The notes beneath the pieces are model-generated. The model saw only the letters and a program-made list of their open reading frames with translations. It was not told the DNA's origin and ran no database searches. The translations under genes were made by a program, and so were the position numbers. This document shows positions 5,065-15,400 of a DNA stretch of 32,000 nt, in pieces. Numbering within the stretch: the first letter of the stretch is position 1; each line of letters starts with the position of its first letter. Where the stretch lies: assembly GCF_000008465.1 (NCBI RefSeq), contig NC_006512.1, positions 2,700,001 to 2,732,000 of the forward strand. The letters are read 5' to 3'. The stretch comes from Idiomarina loihiensis L2TR. GTDB taxonomy: Bacteria; Pseudomonadota; Gammaproteobacteria; Enterobacterales; Alteromonadaceae.

Positions 5065-6367
5065 GCATTTTGAGCTGAATTCTCTGGCCTCGACGCTTTG
5101 AGGGGTATGTCCAAGAAAAAGGCGCCCCTCTTCCTTTTCCTATAGCTGCTTTGAGCTCTTCAATGTAACTTTTAGCTGACTGCATTTTACACGCGCCAGA
5201 GTCAGCATTTCTCGTCAAAATAAAGTTGGCAAGTTGTATTTTCTCATCTATTAAATAATCAGCGTCATGTTGTCCCGTAACAGCCCACTGAATGATTTTT
5301 TCCATATAGGGGTTGAGTACTTCATCCGTATCTAAAACAAGCCCCTTTTCCGAGGTTAGAGAGTTAAACTCTTTCCACGAGCCCGCCTCCTGAAATATTT
5401 CTACTAGATTCCGAAAGTCACTATCATCGGGGGCAATTACCCTTACAAAGTCTTTAGCTTGATAATCGTGGCAGCTAACACGAGTTGCGATTGTATTCTT
5501 AACGCTAATATTCGCTATGTGAAATTCTTTAGGTGATAAATAGACTCTTAAGTGAATATCAGTTTTCGGGCTGCCACCATTCTTTAGTTTAGTAATTGTA
5601 TCTGTGGCTTCCAGTAGCTGAATGTGCTGCTTTTCTATTGGCAACTCAGAGACAACTGAATCTAAAACAGTATCATATTCAAAACATGCTTTCTCATTCG
5701 CCTGGTAAGCTGACAGATTATTTGGCTCATTAAGCTCTTCAACGAGGAATCGCTCGAATTTATTACCCGATTTACCATAATAACTGCCAGTTTTTTCCTC
5801 TACTTGAGCTAGTTCATCAGAAAAAGAACGTTGGTATAATGCTAGCGGCGGATGGAGTTCACTTTCGCCAGTTTCTTCAGCCTCATCCATGAGATCCTCG
5901 ACTTCAGAACAATAATTAGCGAAAAACTCATTCAGCTCTGAAAATGTTAACCAGTGAGTAGCTGGTGAGAAAAAGTAGCCATCCTGGACTTTTTTGCGTG
6001 TTGATATGAAAGTTGTATTTTCTTCTTCTCCATCTGGAAACAACAGGATTGAAGCTACGATATCGCCAGAAAATGAGGAGAACTGTTGAATTCCAAGAAA
6101 GTCGTAGAATGGGATTTTTGCTCGATCTGAGCGATAAGAATTACTGGCACGAATCAATATAAATTTGCTGTCTACTGTTTTAACAACAAAGTCACATTTA
6201 AACTGCTTATCGTAGCCATAGCCTTGATGTGAATGACTTACTTCAACCTCAAAACCGAGAATTAACTCATCCTTTTGTAAAGCTTCTAATAGCTCTCCAA
6301 CCTTATCCTTTACTTCTTTACCAGTCCGAGCTTTTTCGCCATTGCTTATTATTTGTGCGCTATCCAT
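5042..6367 (-). CDS. type II restriction endonuclease, MspI-like C-terminal catalytic core fused to an unrecognised N-terminal domain
   Basis: Residues ~190-441 contain KSGNKFERFLVEEL, NGGSPKTD-X19-K (ISVKNT), IIQWAVTG and GAPFSWTYPSKRRGQRIQLK. These are colinear with recalled R.MspI (LGKLYEKYILDIF, AGGSPKTD...NIKHS, FIRWCVTL, GLNWTYASGSKAKKMQFK; 262 aa). The SD AGGAGA lies 9 nt before the ATG. The gene converges on the MTase gene and overlaps it by 23 bp. Confidence 0.7.
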   Translation of the reverse strand: MDSAQIISNGEKARTGKEVKDKVGELLEALQKDELILGFEVEVSHSHQGYGYDKQFKCDFVVKTVDSKFILIRASNSYRSDRAKIPFYDFLGIQQFSSFSGDIVASILLFPDGEEENTTFISTRKKVQDGYFFSPATHWLTFSELNEFFANYCSEVEDLMDEAEETGESELHPPLALYQRSFSDELAQVEEKTGSYYGKSGNKFERFLVEELNEPNNLSAYQANEKACFEYDTVLDSVVSELPIEKQHIQLLEATDTITKLKNGGSPKTDIHLRVYLSPKEFHIANISVKNTIATRVSCHDYQAKDFVRVIAPDDSDFRNLVEIFQEAGSWKEFNSLTSEKGLVLDTDEVLNPYMEKIIQWAVTGQHDADYLIDEKIQLANFILTRNADSGACKMQSAKSYIEELKAAIGKGRGAPFSWTYPSKRRGQRIQLKMPISLPQD

Positions 6368-6752
6368 AATTCAATATCTCCTGATAAGTCGGCTAGCTAA
6401 TTTAATGCAGCTACCAGATACTCTAAAGTTACTCTTTCTATTGTGCTTCTTGGTATAAATAACTTGTCTCTTTTCAAGACTATCAGAGTTCTAAAGAAAG
6501 TATATCATCGACCATAAGATGCGATAGATTCGCCATACTTTCATCATTGCTTCTGACTTTTAAAATAAAAACGACTTAAAGCTTTTACCTTTCGAGCGTT
6601 AATTCGTTAGATAAGGTCGCGGGTATCTCCCATAGATAACGTGATGAGAAATACTGGCTAGCCAAACTAAATCAACCTCAGTTTTTACCCGATCAGCTTA
6701 CCGGCTTTGACTATGAGCACCTTCAGGTTCGTTATCTGAGCTGCCTTAAAGA

Positions 6753-8696
6753 CTAAATAACCTTTAATCCACTCCCCACCAAACTCAACCGCTCCTTAGC
6801 CCGCGTAATCCCCGTATACAGCAACTCCTTACTTAGCACGGGGCTGTCGTGGTCGGGCAACACCATAACGGTGTGTTTGAATTCAGAGCCCTGCGATTTA
6901 TGTACAGTCATGGCGTACACGGTTTCTATGTGGGTGAGACGGCTGGGTAATACCCAGCGCACGCCTTTATTTTCAGACTTGTTGGTCTGGTCGGGAAAGG
7001 CGACGCGCAGGTGGCCGTGTTCGGGGTCTTTAAAGGTTAGGCCAATGTCGCCGTTGTTCAGCTTCAGTCCGTAGTCGTTTTTGGTGACCATAACGGGACG
7101 ACCTTCGTACCAGGTGTTGGCGTTTACGCCGAGTATCTCGCCGACTTTTTGGTTAACGGCTTTTACGCCCCAGGGGCCTTCGCGCAGGGCGGTCAGGATT
7201 TGGAAGTTGCTTAGGTTTTGCAGGGCTTCCTGGGCGAGTTTGTTGATGTCCTCGGCGTTGGCGGTTTTAGTAACATTGCTGTTGGTGTCGGCATTGTTCC
7301 TGACGTGTAACGTCAGGCTACCCGAGGTCGTCAGGTTACGTTTAACCAAAGCTTCGAAGGCTGGATCGTCTAGGCTGCTGACTTCGTACAGGCTAACGGG
7401 GTAGTCTTCATCGGCGACTTTGGCTTTTTCCAGTTCCTGTTTTGTTGCGGCGTTGTCTTGTCGGTTAATGGCGTTAGCCAGGTCGGCAATAGGGCCGTGA
7501 AAACGGTAGCTTTTGCGGAATTTCACCACGTGTTGCAGGCGTTGCTCGCCATTGTTGTCTATTAACTCCGCGGGCAAAACAGGTGTGTCGGCAACGTGCT
7601 GTAACCACTGGGCGGTTTCTGTGTGGTAGTGGCCTTGGTCCGCGCCTTCACACAAATTGCCCAGCACTGCGCCGGCTTCTACGGAAGCGAGCTGATCTTT
7701 GTCACCAATAAGCACCAGCCGCGCGTTTTTGGGTGTGGCTTTTAGCAGCGCGGTCATCATTTCAATGTCTATCATTGAGGCTTCGTCGACTATCACAACG
7801 TCTGTGCGCAGTGGGTTGTCGGCGTGGTGTTTAAACGCGCGCGAGTTCGGTTTTACACCCAGCAGCCGGTGCAGCGTTTTACCTTCAGGTTTTATGGCGT
7901 CTAAGGCGTCTTTCAGGGTGGCGAGCTTTGCATCACCCCGCAGCCTATTCAGCTCGCTTTCTATGGACTCAGTGAGTCGCGCGGCGGCCTTACCGGTAGG
8001 CGCTGCCAACGATACGCGCAGCGGCGGTAGGCCGAGGAATAAAGTCTGATGCTGCAACGCAGTTAACAGGCGCACGACGGTGTAGGTTTTACCGGTACCG
8101 GGCCCGCCGGTTATGACGCTAAAGCGGTTGCGCACGGTGTTAGCGCAGGCCACGCGCTGCCAGTTAATCTCTTCGGCTTTGTCACCGTCAGGTTTATCAA
8201 ACAACTTGGCCAGCGTGCTTTTCAGTAAGTCGTCGTTGGTAACTGGCCGGTCGCTCATGCGCGCCTGTAAATCATTCTCTATAAAGGCTTCGTATTGCCA
8301 GTAACGACGCAAATACAGTTTGCCGTCACTTAACACCAGCGGCTGATTGCCTTTTCCGTCGACGTCTACGCAGTGACTTTGAATTAATGCCGCTTCAACA
8401 TCCGTACCAAACTGACGGAACAATTCGCTAGGATTAACGCAGTTCGGCGAATAGCGGTTTTCGGGCGGTAAATTCAGTACGCTTTCGGGTTCATTCTGCA
8501 GAGCCTTTATGTCAATACAGGTATGCCCGCGACCGGCTTCGTGCGAGGCACACAGGGCAGCCAGTAATACTTCACTGCGCGTTTCTCCGGCTTGCTGCAA
8601 AAACTCCACAAAGGCCAGGTCTATTGAGCGTATCCAGCCGGCATCACGCCACTCACGCAGCGCATCAAATAAGGTGTTTGAGGTTACTTCTGTCAT
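6753..8696 (-). CDS. recD: exodeoxyribonuclease V alpha subunit RecD
   Basis: Walker A ITGGPGTGKTYTV, Walker B VVIVDEASMID, C-terminal TVHKSQGSEF and YTGITRAK. The ATG overlaps the recB stop (ATGA at 8693-8696). Confidence 0.95.
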   Translation of the reverse strand: MTEVTSNTLFDALREWRDAGWIRSIDLAFVEFLQQAGETRSEVLLAALCASHEAGRGHTCIDIKALQNEPESVLNLPPENRYSPNCVNPSELFRQFGTDVEAALIQSHCVDVDGKGNQPLVLSDGKLYLRRYWQYEAFIENDLQARMSDRPVTNDDLLKSTLAKLFDKPDGDKAEEINWQRVACANTVRNRFSVITGGPGTGKTYTVVRLLTALQHQTLFLGLPPLRVSLAAPTGKAAARLTESIESELNRLRGDAKLATLKDALDAIKPEGKTLHRLLGVKPNSRAFKHHADNPLRTDVVIVDEASMIDIEMMTALLKATPKNARLVLIGDKDQLASVEAGAVLGNLCEGADQGHYHTETAQWLQHVADTPVLPAELIDNNGEQRLQHVVKFRKSYRFHGPIADLANAINRQDNAATKQELEKAKVADEDYPVSLYEVSSLDDPAFEALVKRNLTTSGSLTLHVRNNADTNSNVTKTANAEDINKLAQEALQNLSNFQILTALREGPWGVKAVNQKVGEILGVNANTWYEGRPVMVTKNDYGLKLNNGDIGLTFKDPEHGHLRVAFPDQTNKSENKGVRWVLPSRLTHIETVYAMTVHKSQGSEFKHTVMVLPDHDSPVLSKELLYTGITRAKERLSLVGSGLKVI

Positions 8697-11600
8697 ACCG
8701 GCTCCTTATCTGAAAGGTTCTTACCCGCAAAAAGTGTGTCCAGCTGCTCTATTAACTTCCGTGGCGGCCGGTCACAAAATGCCCCGCCGGTCTCCGCCCG
8801 GTGCCCACGCAAAAACAGATATACGGCACCACCTACATGGGTGTCATAGTCGTAGTCACTGCCTAGCCGCGCTTTTAGCAAGCGATGCAGTGCCAGGGTG
8901 TAAATGACGTATTGCAGGTCATAACGGCTGTGCAGAATTTTCTCGCGCATGGCTTGTTCGGTGTAAGCGTGGTCGTCTTCGCCCAGCCAGTTGGACTTAT
9001 AATCTGCCACGTAGTATTTGCCGTTGTGCTCAAACACCAAGTCGATAAAGCCTTTGAGCATGCCGTTCAGCACATTGGGTTCCAGCGCCGGGCGTTCATG
9101 CCCCGGCAGAATATGTTCGCGAACCAGAGCATCCAGTCTTTGTGCGTTAACTTCACTGGCACCAAACCAGAATTCCGGCTCAGCTTTGTATTGCTCCAGT
9201 GCGCTTAAGCTCACGCTTTCACCACTGTCATTAATGGGGAATTCGTTGTGCAAATAGGCGTCCAGCCAGTGCTCCAGGCTGTTTTGGTGTTCCTGCCAAT
9301 AAGGGCTGACACAAAAGCCTTGTACCAGCTCAGCGCGCTCGGCAGCGTCACCCGCTATTTGCGCAAAGCCGATATTGGCCGACTCTTCCAGTAGGTTATG
9401 CAGGAACGTACCCGGCCCCGCGCCTTTGGGTAAGTGATGAATGCTGTCCGGACTTGGCTCCGCGGCACTGGCGACTTCCGCTTCGTCATCGTCGCGCTCG
9501 TCCAACAGGTTCATTTCGTCTGGCGACTGCGGTGCCTGCACGCTTTTTGTCACGGCACCTTCGTACTTCAGCGCGCTGTAACTGGCTACCCACCAGCGTT
9601 CCAGCTTGCGGTCTGCGGGCATGCTGCGTGGTGTCAGCTTCGGCGTTGTTTGTTCCTGCTCCAGCGCACGAACTAAAGGCTCGTCGTCTTCCAACCGAGT
9701 TAATTGTGTGTGCGGTGCCTGTTGCCAACGCTCGTTGACTTCGGTGTAAAGCTCATCGGTTAGTGACTCACCGCCGTTCAACAAATAAAACAACGGGTTG
9801 TTGCGATGCTCTTTCACAGCTTCCAGCGCAATAAAAGTGGCGTATTGCGCGCGGGTCACCGCCACGTACATTTTGCGTAAGTCTTCCGCGAGGATCTCAT
9901 TACTTAAACGCTGCTTATTGTCGTCGTCTTTTGACCACAATACCTGTAGCTCACCGTTTTCATCGTGGTACACCGCCGGTGGTTTTATCCGGTAGGCTTC
10001 GGCCTGGGTGTACGCCACAAAGGGCATGAACACCAGCGGGTACTGCAGGCCTTTCGACTTATGAATGGTGATGATTTTTATCAGTTCGTCGTCGCTTTCT
10101 AAGCGCAGTTGCTGCTCGTCGCTCTGGGTACGGCTGTTGCTGCCAAAGCCGTGGCGTTCGTTCACCTGCTCGGCAAAATGGTTCACCAGCGCCGGAATGC
10201 CGTCCAGTACCAGGCTCTGCTGTTGCAGCAGCTCGGCAATGTGCAGCACGTCGGACAGTTGCCGTTCGCCATGAATACGGTCTTCAAGTAGCTTCGCGGG
10301 CACCTGATGGTCATGCAGCAGGCTGTGCAACATGGCCAGTACCCCCTGTCGCTGCCACTGGTCGTGATAACTTAAAAACTGCTCTACCCGCTGTTCCCAC
10401 TCGCGTTCGTGGCTGTGAATATGCTCCAGCTCGCTCAGCGGCAAGCCGAGTATCTGAGTAGCCAGAGCACTGCGTATCAGCGACGGGTCGCGCGGCTCGG
10501 CGCAGGCACTCACCAGCGCCAGCAAATCTTTCGCTACGCGCTGGGCAAATACCGATTCTCTGTCCGATAAATAAACGCTTTTCAGCCCGCGATCGCTCAG
10601 CGCCTTTTTAATGGCATTGGCTTCGTTAAAGTTGTTTACCAGCACCGCAATGTCACTGGTTTTGACACGCTGTTCCAGCTTATCGTCACCGTCGTAATAC
10701 CCCGCCTGCGGGTCATTAAGCAGGGAGGCTATCAAGTTAGCGTGGTGGTTTGCGGCAGCGCGGAAAAACGTGTCTTTATTGCGCTTTTCTTCACCGGACA
10801 CCGACCACAGCAGCGCCGGCGCGGTTTTTAAATTACTGGATAACAGGCAATGCTTGAAAGTGCGCTTCAGCCCATTTGCACCCACCGGGTTAAAGGGCAG
10901 CTGGTTTTCTGCTTCGGTTTTAAACAGAAAAGCACCGCGCGGCAGCTCTTCAGCGCGCTCAAACAGCGCATTAACGCCATCCACCATGGCCTGCGACGAG
11001 CGAAAGTTCCGCGCCAGATTATAATGCCGGCCTTCGGTATCGCGCCGGGCTTTTAAATAGGTATAAATATCGGCGTTACGGAAGCTGTAAATGGCCTGTT
11101 TGGGGTCACCAATCAGGAAAATACCGGTACCCGGGTGCGGGTCCGCCAGGTTATAAATGCGGTTAAAAATCTCGTACTGCACCGGGTCGGTGTCCTGAAA
11201 CTCGTCCACCATAGCCACCGGATACTGCTTGCGAATAGCCGCAGCTAAGGCTTCACCGCTGGGTCCTTTCAACGCGTCACGTAAACGCGTCAGCATGTCG
11301 TCGTGGCCCATTTCGGCGCGCTGGTTTTGCAACTCGGCAAAGCGGTTGCTCACCCAGAAAGCGGCGTGTTGTTTTACTTTAGCCAACTCTTCCTGCTGCT
11401 GTACTTTGCTGCGCTTAATACGTTCCTGCAGCTCGCCTAACACCGCCCAGCTTTGGGGCATATCGCCAAGTTTGGCATCGGCGAACTTCTGTAACTCGTC
11501 GGTGCTAATGTTTTTCCAGTTTGCCGCGGTGGCTTCGGGCTCAACCAGGTCAGGGTCGCCGCACCAGTCCGCAAATTTCTGAAACTGCTTAAGTTTGGTT

Positions 11601-12418
11601 GCCGCGCCTTTAGCTTGCGAGGTTTTATCAACCAATTCCTGCACAATAGGAGCAACTTCCTGCTTTATAGCAACCATTCGTTGCTGATGGGCGCTTTCAG
11701 CTTCGTTCAGCAAGCTGTGCAAGTCACCATCAATCGGTGCCTGTCCGCTTTTACTTAAGCTGTAAGTGAGCCCTAACAAGGTTTCCGGTGACTTAAAGTC
11801 TTCCAGCAACCGGGCACTGAGTTCGGCATCGGCCGGATAAATAAAGCGGCGGAAGTAGTCTCCGGCGGCCTGCAAACGCAGCTCTTCGTTGTCGGTTTCA
11901 ACGTCCTGACTGAACAAACTGCCGCTGGCAAAAGCGTGCTCTTTTAGCATGGACTGGCACCAACCATGAATGGTTTTCACTGCCGCTTCGTCCATTGACT
12001 GCGAGGCTAAATCCAACAGCCGCGCCAGATGCATCAGGTTTTGCCCCTGCGCTGCACAGTCTTCCCGCAGACTGGCTAAGAAGGGGTCACCTTCTACGGC
12101 TTCCGGATCACGAAAATAGGCAGCAGCTTCCGCCAATCGCGCGCGAATACGATCACTCAGCTCTTCGGTGGCAGCTTTGGTAAAGGTCATGACCAGAATG
12201 TTTTTCGGCACCAGTTCGCGGTCAAACGCGGTTTCCTCTGCACCATTATGCGAACCGTGACCGATAACCAAACGCACATAAAGCGCAGCAATAGTGTAGG
12301 TTTTTCCGGTACCGGCACTGGCCTCAATTAAGCGACTGCTGTTCAGCGGAAAGTCGAGCGGATTATCTAACTTATGCCCTAACGTATGCCCTGAGTTATG
12401 TGACGACAACTGGCTCAT
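8693..12418 (-). CDS. recB: exodeoxyribonuclease V beta subunit RecB (helicase-nuclease)
   Basis: 1241 aa. UvrD-type helicase motifs EASAGTGKTYTI and VDEFQDTDP. C-terminal RecB nuclease motif GFIDLVFEHNGKYYVADYKSN. 4-bp overlaps with both recC and recD. Confidence 0.97.
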   Translation of the reverse strand: MSQLSSHNSGHTLGHKLDNPLDFPLNSSRLIEASAGTGKTYTIAALYVRLVIGHGSHNGAEETAFDRELVPKNILVMTFTKAATEELSDRIRARLAEAAAYFRDPEAVEGDPFLASLREDCAAQGQNLMHLARLLDLASQSMDEAAVKTIHGWCQSMLKEHAFASGSLFSQDVETDNEELRLQAAGDYFRRFIYPADAELSARLLEDFKSPETLLGLTYSLSKSGQAPIDGDLHSLLNEAESAHQQRMVAIKQEVAPIVQELVDKTSQAKGAATKLKQFQKFADWCGDPDLVEPEATAANWKNISTDELQKFADAKLGDMPQSWAVLGELQERIKRSKVQQQEELAKVKQHAAFWVSNRFAELQNQRAEMGHDDMLTRLRDALKGPSGEALAAAIRKQYPVAMVDEFQDTDPVQYEIFNRIYNLADPHPGTGIFLIGDPKQAIYSFRNADIYTYLKARRDTEGRHYNLARNFRSSQAMVDGVNALFERAEELPRGAFLFKTEAENQLPFNPVGANGLKRTFKHCLLSSNLKTAPALLWSVSGEEKRNKDTFFRAAANHHANLIASLLNDPQAGYYDGDDKLEQRVKTSDIAVLVNNFNEANAIKKALSDRGLKSVYLSDRESVFAQRVAKDLLALVSACAEPRDPSLIRSALATQILGLPLSELEHIHSHEREWEQRVEQFLSYHDQWQRQGVLAMLHSLLHDHQVPAKLLEDRIHGERQLSDVLHIAELLQQQSLVLDGIPALVNHFAEQVNERHGFGSNSRTQSDEQQLRLESDDELIKIITIHKSKGLQYPLVFMPFVAYTQAEAYRIKPPAVYHDENGELQVLWSKDDDNKQRLSNEILAEDLRKMYVAVTRAQYATFIALEAVKEHRNNPLFYLLNGGESLTDELYTEVNERWQQAPHTQLTRLEDDEPLVRALEQEQTTPKLTPRSMPADRKLERWWVASYSALKYEGAVTKSVQAPQSPDEMNLLDERDDDEAEVASAAEPSPDSIHHLPKGAGPGTFLHNLLEESANIGFAQIAGDAAERAELVQGFCVSPYWQEHQNSLEHWLDAYLHNEFPINDSGESVSLSALEQYKAEPEFWFGASEVNAQRLDALVREHILPGHERPALEPNVLNGMLKGFIDLVFEHNGKYYVADYKSNWLGEDDHAYTEQAMREKILHSRYDLQYVIYTLALHRLLKARLGSDYDYDTHVGGAVYLFLRGHRAETGGAFCDRPPRKLIEQLDTLFAGKNLSDKEPV

Positions 12419-15400
12419 GACTTGTCCTCCGGCACCAGGGTTAAGCGCATGGGGTCATAAAGTTCGTCCATAAAGCGGCGGAAATGCGGTGATGCCTGAA
12501 TAGCTTCGTAACTTTCGGCTACGCGCCCGCAATAATCACTTTTGGTGACCAGCGCAGGGTCTTGAAAGCCGTCTTCTTCGTATTTTTGCCGTGCCGCTTC
12601 ATGCGCCAGCGCTTCGTCCTGACTGTTCTTGTCCATTGCGCTTAGCCAGGTCATGCCCACATCCAGATGCATGGGCTGCGGCTGCTGCGCTGACAGGGCC
12701 ACCAGTTCCAGTATTTGCTCCAGTTGTTGTACCGCAAGCTCAGCGGGCACCGGGGCCACCTGCAACTGGCAACCCCCTTTGGACACAATTAAAAGCCGTG
12801 TCGGCTTTTGTAAATTCAATAACAACAGACCAAGGTAATACGCGCTGGCGTGCTTCCAGCCGCCACTATTTATGCCTTTTCCGTTTTTAGCGGCAATATT
12901 GCTGGCCGAGGTAACCACCCATAGGCGCTCGCCGTTCTCATTACTGTGCAGCCCGGTTACTGTGTCATCAATAGTCAGCCCGCTGTGCTCAAAAAACACC
13001 GTTTCCGGAAACTCATTCACACCCGAATAACCAGCAATGCTCTGCTGATAGGTTTCCAGTATCTCCTGCGACTGCTCCAGTAACTGAAGTCCATTTTGCT
13101 CGGCTATTGCACCAATGCCCAGAGCCCCTTCGCGTTTAATTCGGTTCAGCTCTTTTAATAAAGAGGCTTCAATGCCAGCGCCATTCAGCAATGCTTTTTT
13201 TCCCGCATCTACCAAACGTGTAGTCAGTGACCAGCTTTGCAGGTTATCCATGACAAAGGCTTCGCTGTCGTCCAGGTCTTCGCTGTTGCGGCTAAAATAG
13301 GTATCCAGTCGCCAGTTAAAGTACAGGCGGGCGGGCTCTTCAATAAAACGTTTAATATCATTAATGCTCAGGGTGCGTTCCAGCTCGTCGTCCGCGGCGG
13401 TTTCCGAAGCCGTGCGGCTTGTAGAAGCCACCGCACCCTGATGCGCCTGTGCCCATTCACTGGCATAGGTGAAGTAGTCCGAGTCTTCCTGGTTAAAGTA
13501 ATACGGGTTAAACGGCTGTAATTTGTGCACAACGGTCAGGCTATTAATGTCCACTTCCCAACCCTGTTGCAGGTGATCACGCAATTGCGCCACCAGCACC
13601 GACGGTGTGCGCTCGCTGTTGTCTTTAGCGCTGTAACCTACCCAGCTTAAGTAAAAACAGTCACGAGCTGAAAGCATGGCCTCCAGAAACAAATAGCGGT
13701 CATCATCACGTCGCGAGCGATCACCCGGCCGATACCGGTCGGTCATTAAATCAAAATCGACACGCGGCGTTGAACGCGGGTAATCACTTTCGTTCATGCC
13801 CAGCACACACACGTACTTAAACGGAATGGCCCGCATGGGCATTAGCGTGGCAAAGTTTACCGCGCCCGCCAAAAAACGTTGGTTCAGGTTCTGCTGGTCA
13901 ACACGCTCTAACCAGGCGTCTTTAAATATGGGCAGGCGCAATTGGGATTCGTTATCCGCCTCGACGCAAATGTCCCGCAGCTGATACAGCTCGTCACTCA
14001 GTTTGGCTAACAGTAAGCGGTCACTGTCTTCTTCGGCCTCGAAAAACTGTTCCAGCAGCCACTCGCCCTGAGTTACCCACTCCGGTAAGCTGTGTTCACC
14101 CTGCGCGCGCTGCCACCATTGTTCCAGCGTGCGCACCACGTCTGCCAGACAACCCACTAATGCGGCGCTTAGCCCGGCCACTTCGGTATAAGGTTCTACG
14201 TTAGCCCAGGGTGAATCGTTTTCTAAATTAACGTCTGCCAAATCGCCCATGGCGTAACCGGCTATCATGCGTTTTAAGCCGAACCACCAGCTGTTGGTTT
14301 CTTCCGCTGCCGGCATATAAAACTGCGCGCGCTGCTCAGCATTCAGCCCCCAGCGTGCGCCGGCTTCTTTTACCCAGCGTTTTAACTGCGGCAGGTCGTC
14401 GTCACTCATGTCAAAGCGTTGCTGCACCGCCGGTACCGACAATAAATTGAATAAATCGGTCTGAGTAAAACGCAGCTGATCAACTTGTAACAACAGTTCC
14501 AGTGCTATCATTAACGGCCGCTGATGACGCTCGCCCTGGTCAGCAATGGTATAAGGAATGGCACGTGGGTCGCGCTCACCAAAGCGGTTGTGGTACCGGC
14601 CAAATACCGCATCAATGTAAGGCGCGTAGGTGTTCACGTCCGGCAGCATGACCATAACATCACGCGGTTTGAGTTCCGGGTCTTTGGCAAACGCGTCCAG
14701 TAGCTGGTCATGCAACACTTCCAGTTCCCGCTGCGGGCTGTGGCAAACATGAAATTGCAGTGACTTATCGGCGGTATTCGGCGTAGGCCAAAGCTCGCGG
14801 GTTTCCTGAACCGGGCGCAGATTTAGAATGTCGTCCTGCAACTGGGCTAATAAATGGTCGGTGTTATGCGGCTCAAACAGTTCCAGCTTAATGGTGTTAA
14901 AGGCTTCCTGTTTGGCCAGGGTTTCGTCGTATAAATCCAGCAGGCGAATGTAGTCACGACCCTGCTTACCCCAGGAGGCCAGCAACGGATGCGCCAGCTG
15001 GTGCAGTTCGTCGTCGTTCGGATCGTCGGGCAGTTCCGGTTTGTGTTTTAAGCGCGAAGAGGCTTTGACCGCCTGCCGCAAGGCTTCTTTGCCGTCGACA
15101 ATATCGGCCCAGTGGTACTGCGACGGGTTATGCACACACAACAGAATTTGCGTGTAGCCTTTTATGGCATCCAGCACCTGCAGCATTTGCTGCGGCAGCG
15201 AGGAAATACCAAACACCACCACCCGTGGCGGCAAACCCGCCGGACGCTCAGTTAACGCCTGCGCGGTATCTATAAAGCGCTGATGCAGCTCGGCACGGTT
15301 GTTCCAGTAGTCGTCTATGCCAATGTCGTTGCTAACTGCGCGCCACAATTCTGGCTGCCACAACTGTTCGTCTTCAACCGGCTGTTCCTGCTCCAGCATA

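Noticed and set aside
6655-6664. The 10-bp palindrome TGGCTAGCCA, plus GCTAGC-containing repeats near 6390-6415, upstream of the R gene.
   Set aside because: About 30 perfect 10-bp palindromes are expected by chance in 32 kb. They have no positional relation to a recognisable promoter and no similarity to the operator at 3760-3774.
2862-6752. Flanking direct repeats, att-like sites or mobility genes that would define the R-M insert as a mobile element.
   Set aside because: I compared 2862-2991 with 6368-6752 by eye and found no shared word longer than ~6 nt. No integrase, transposase or tRNA is present. The insert is therefore called only a low-GC island, not a mobile element.
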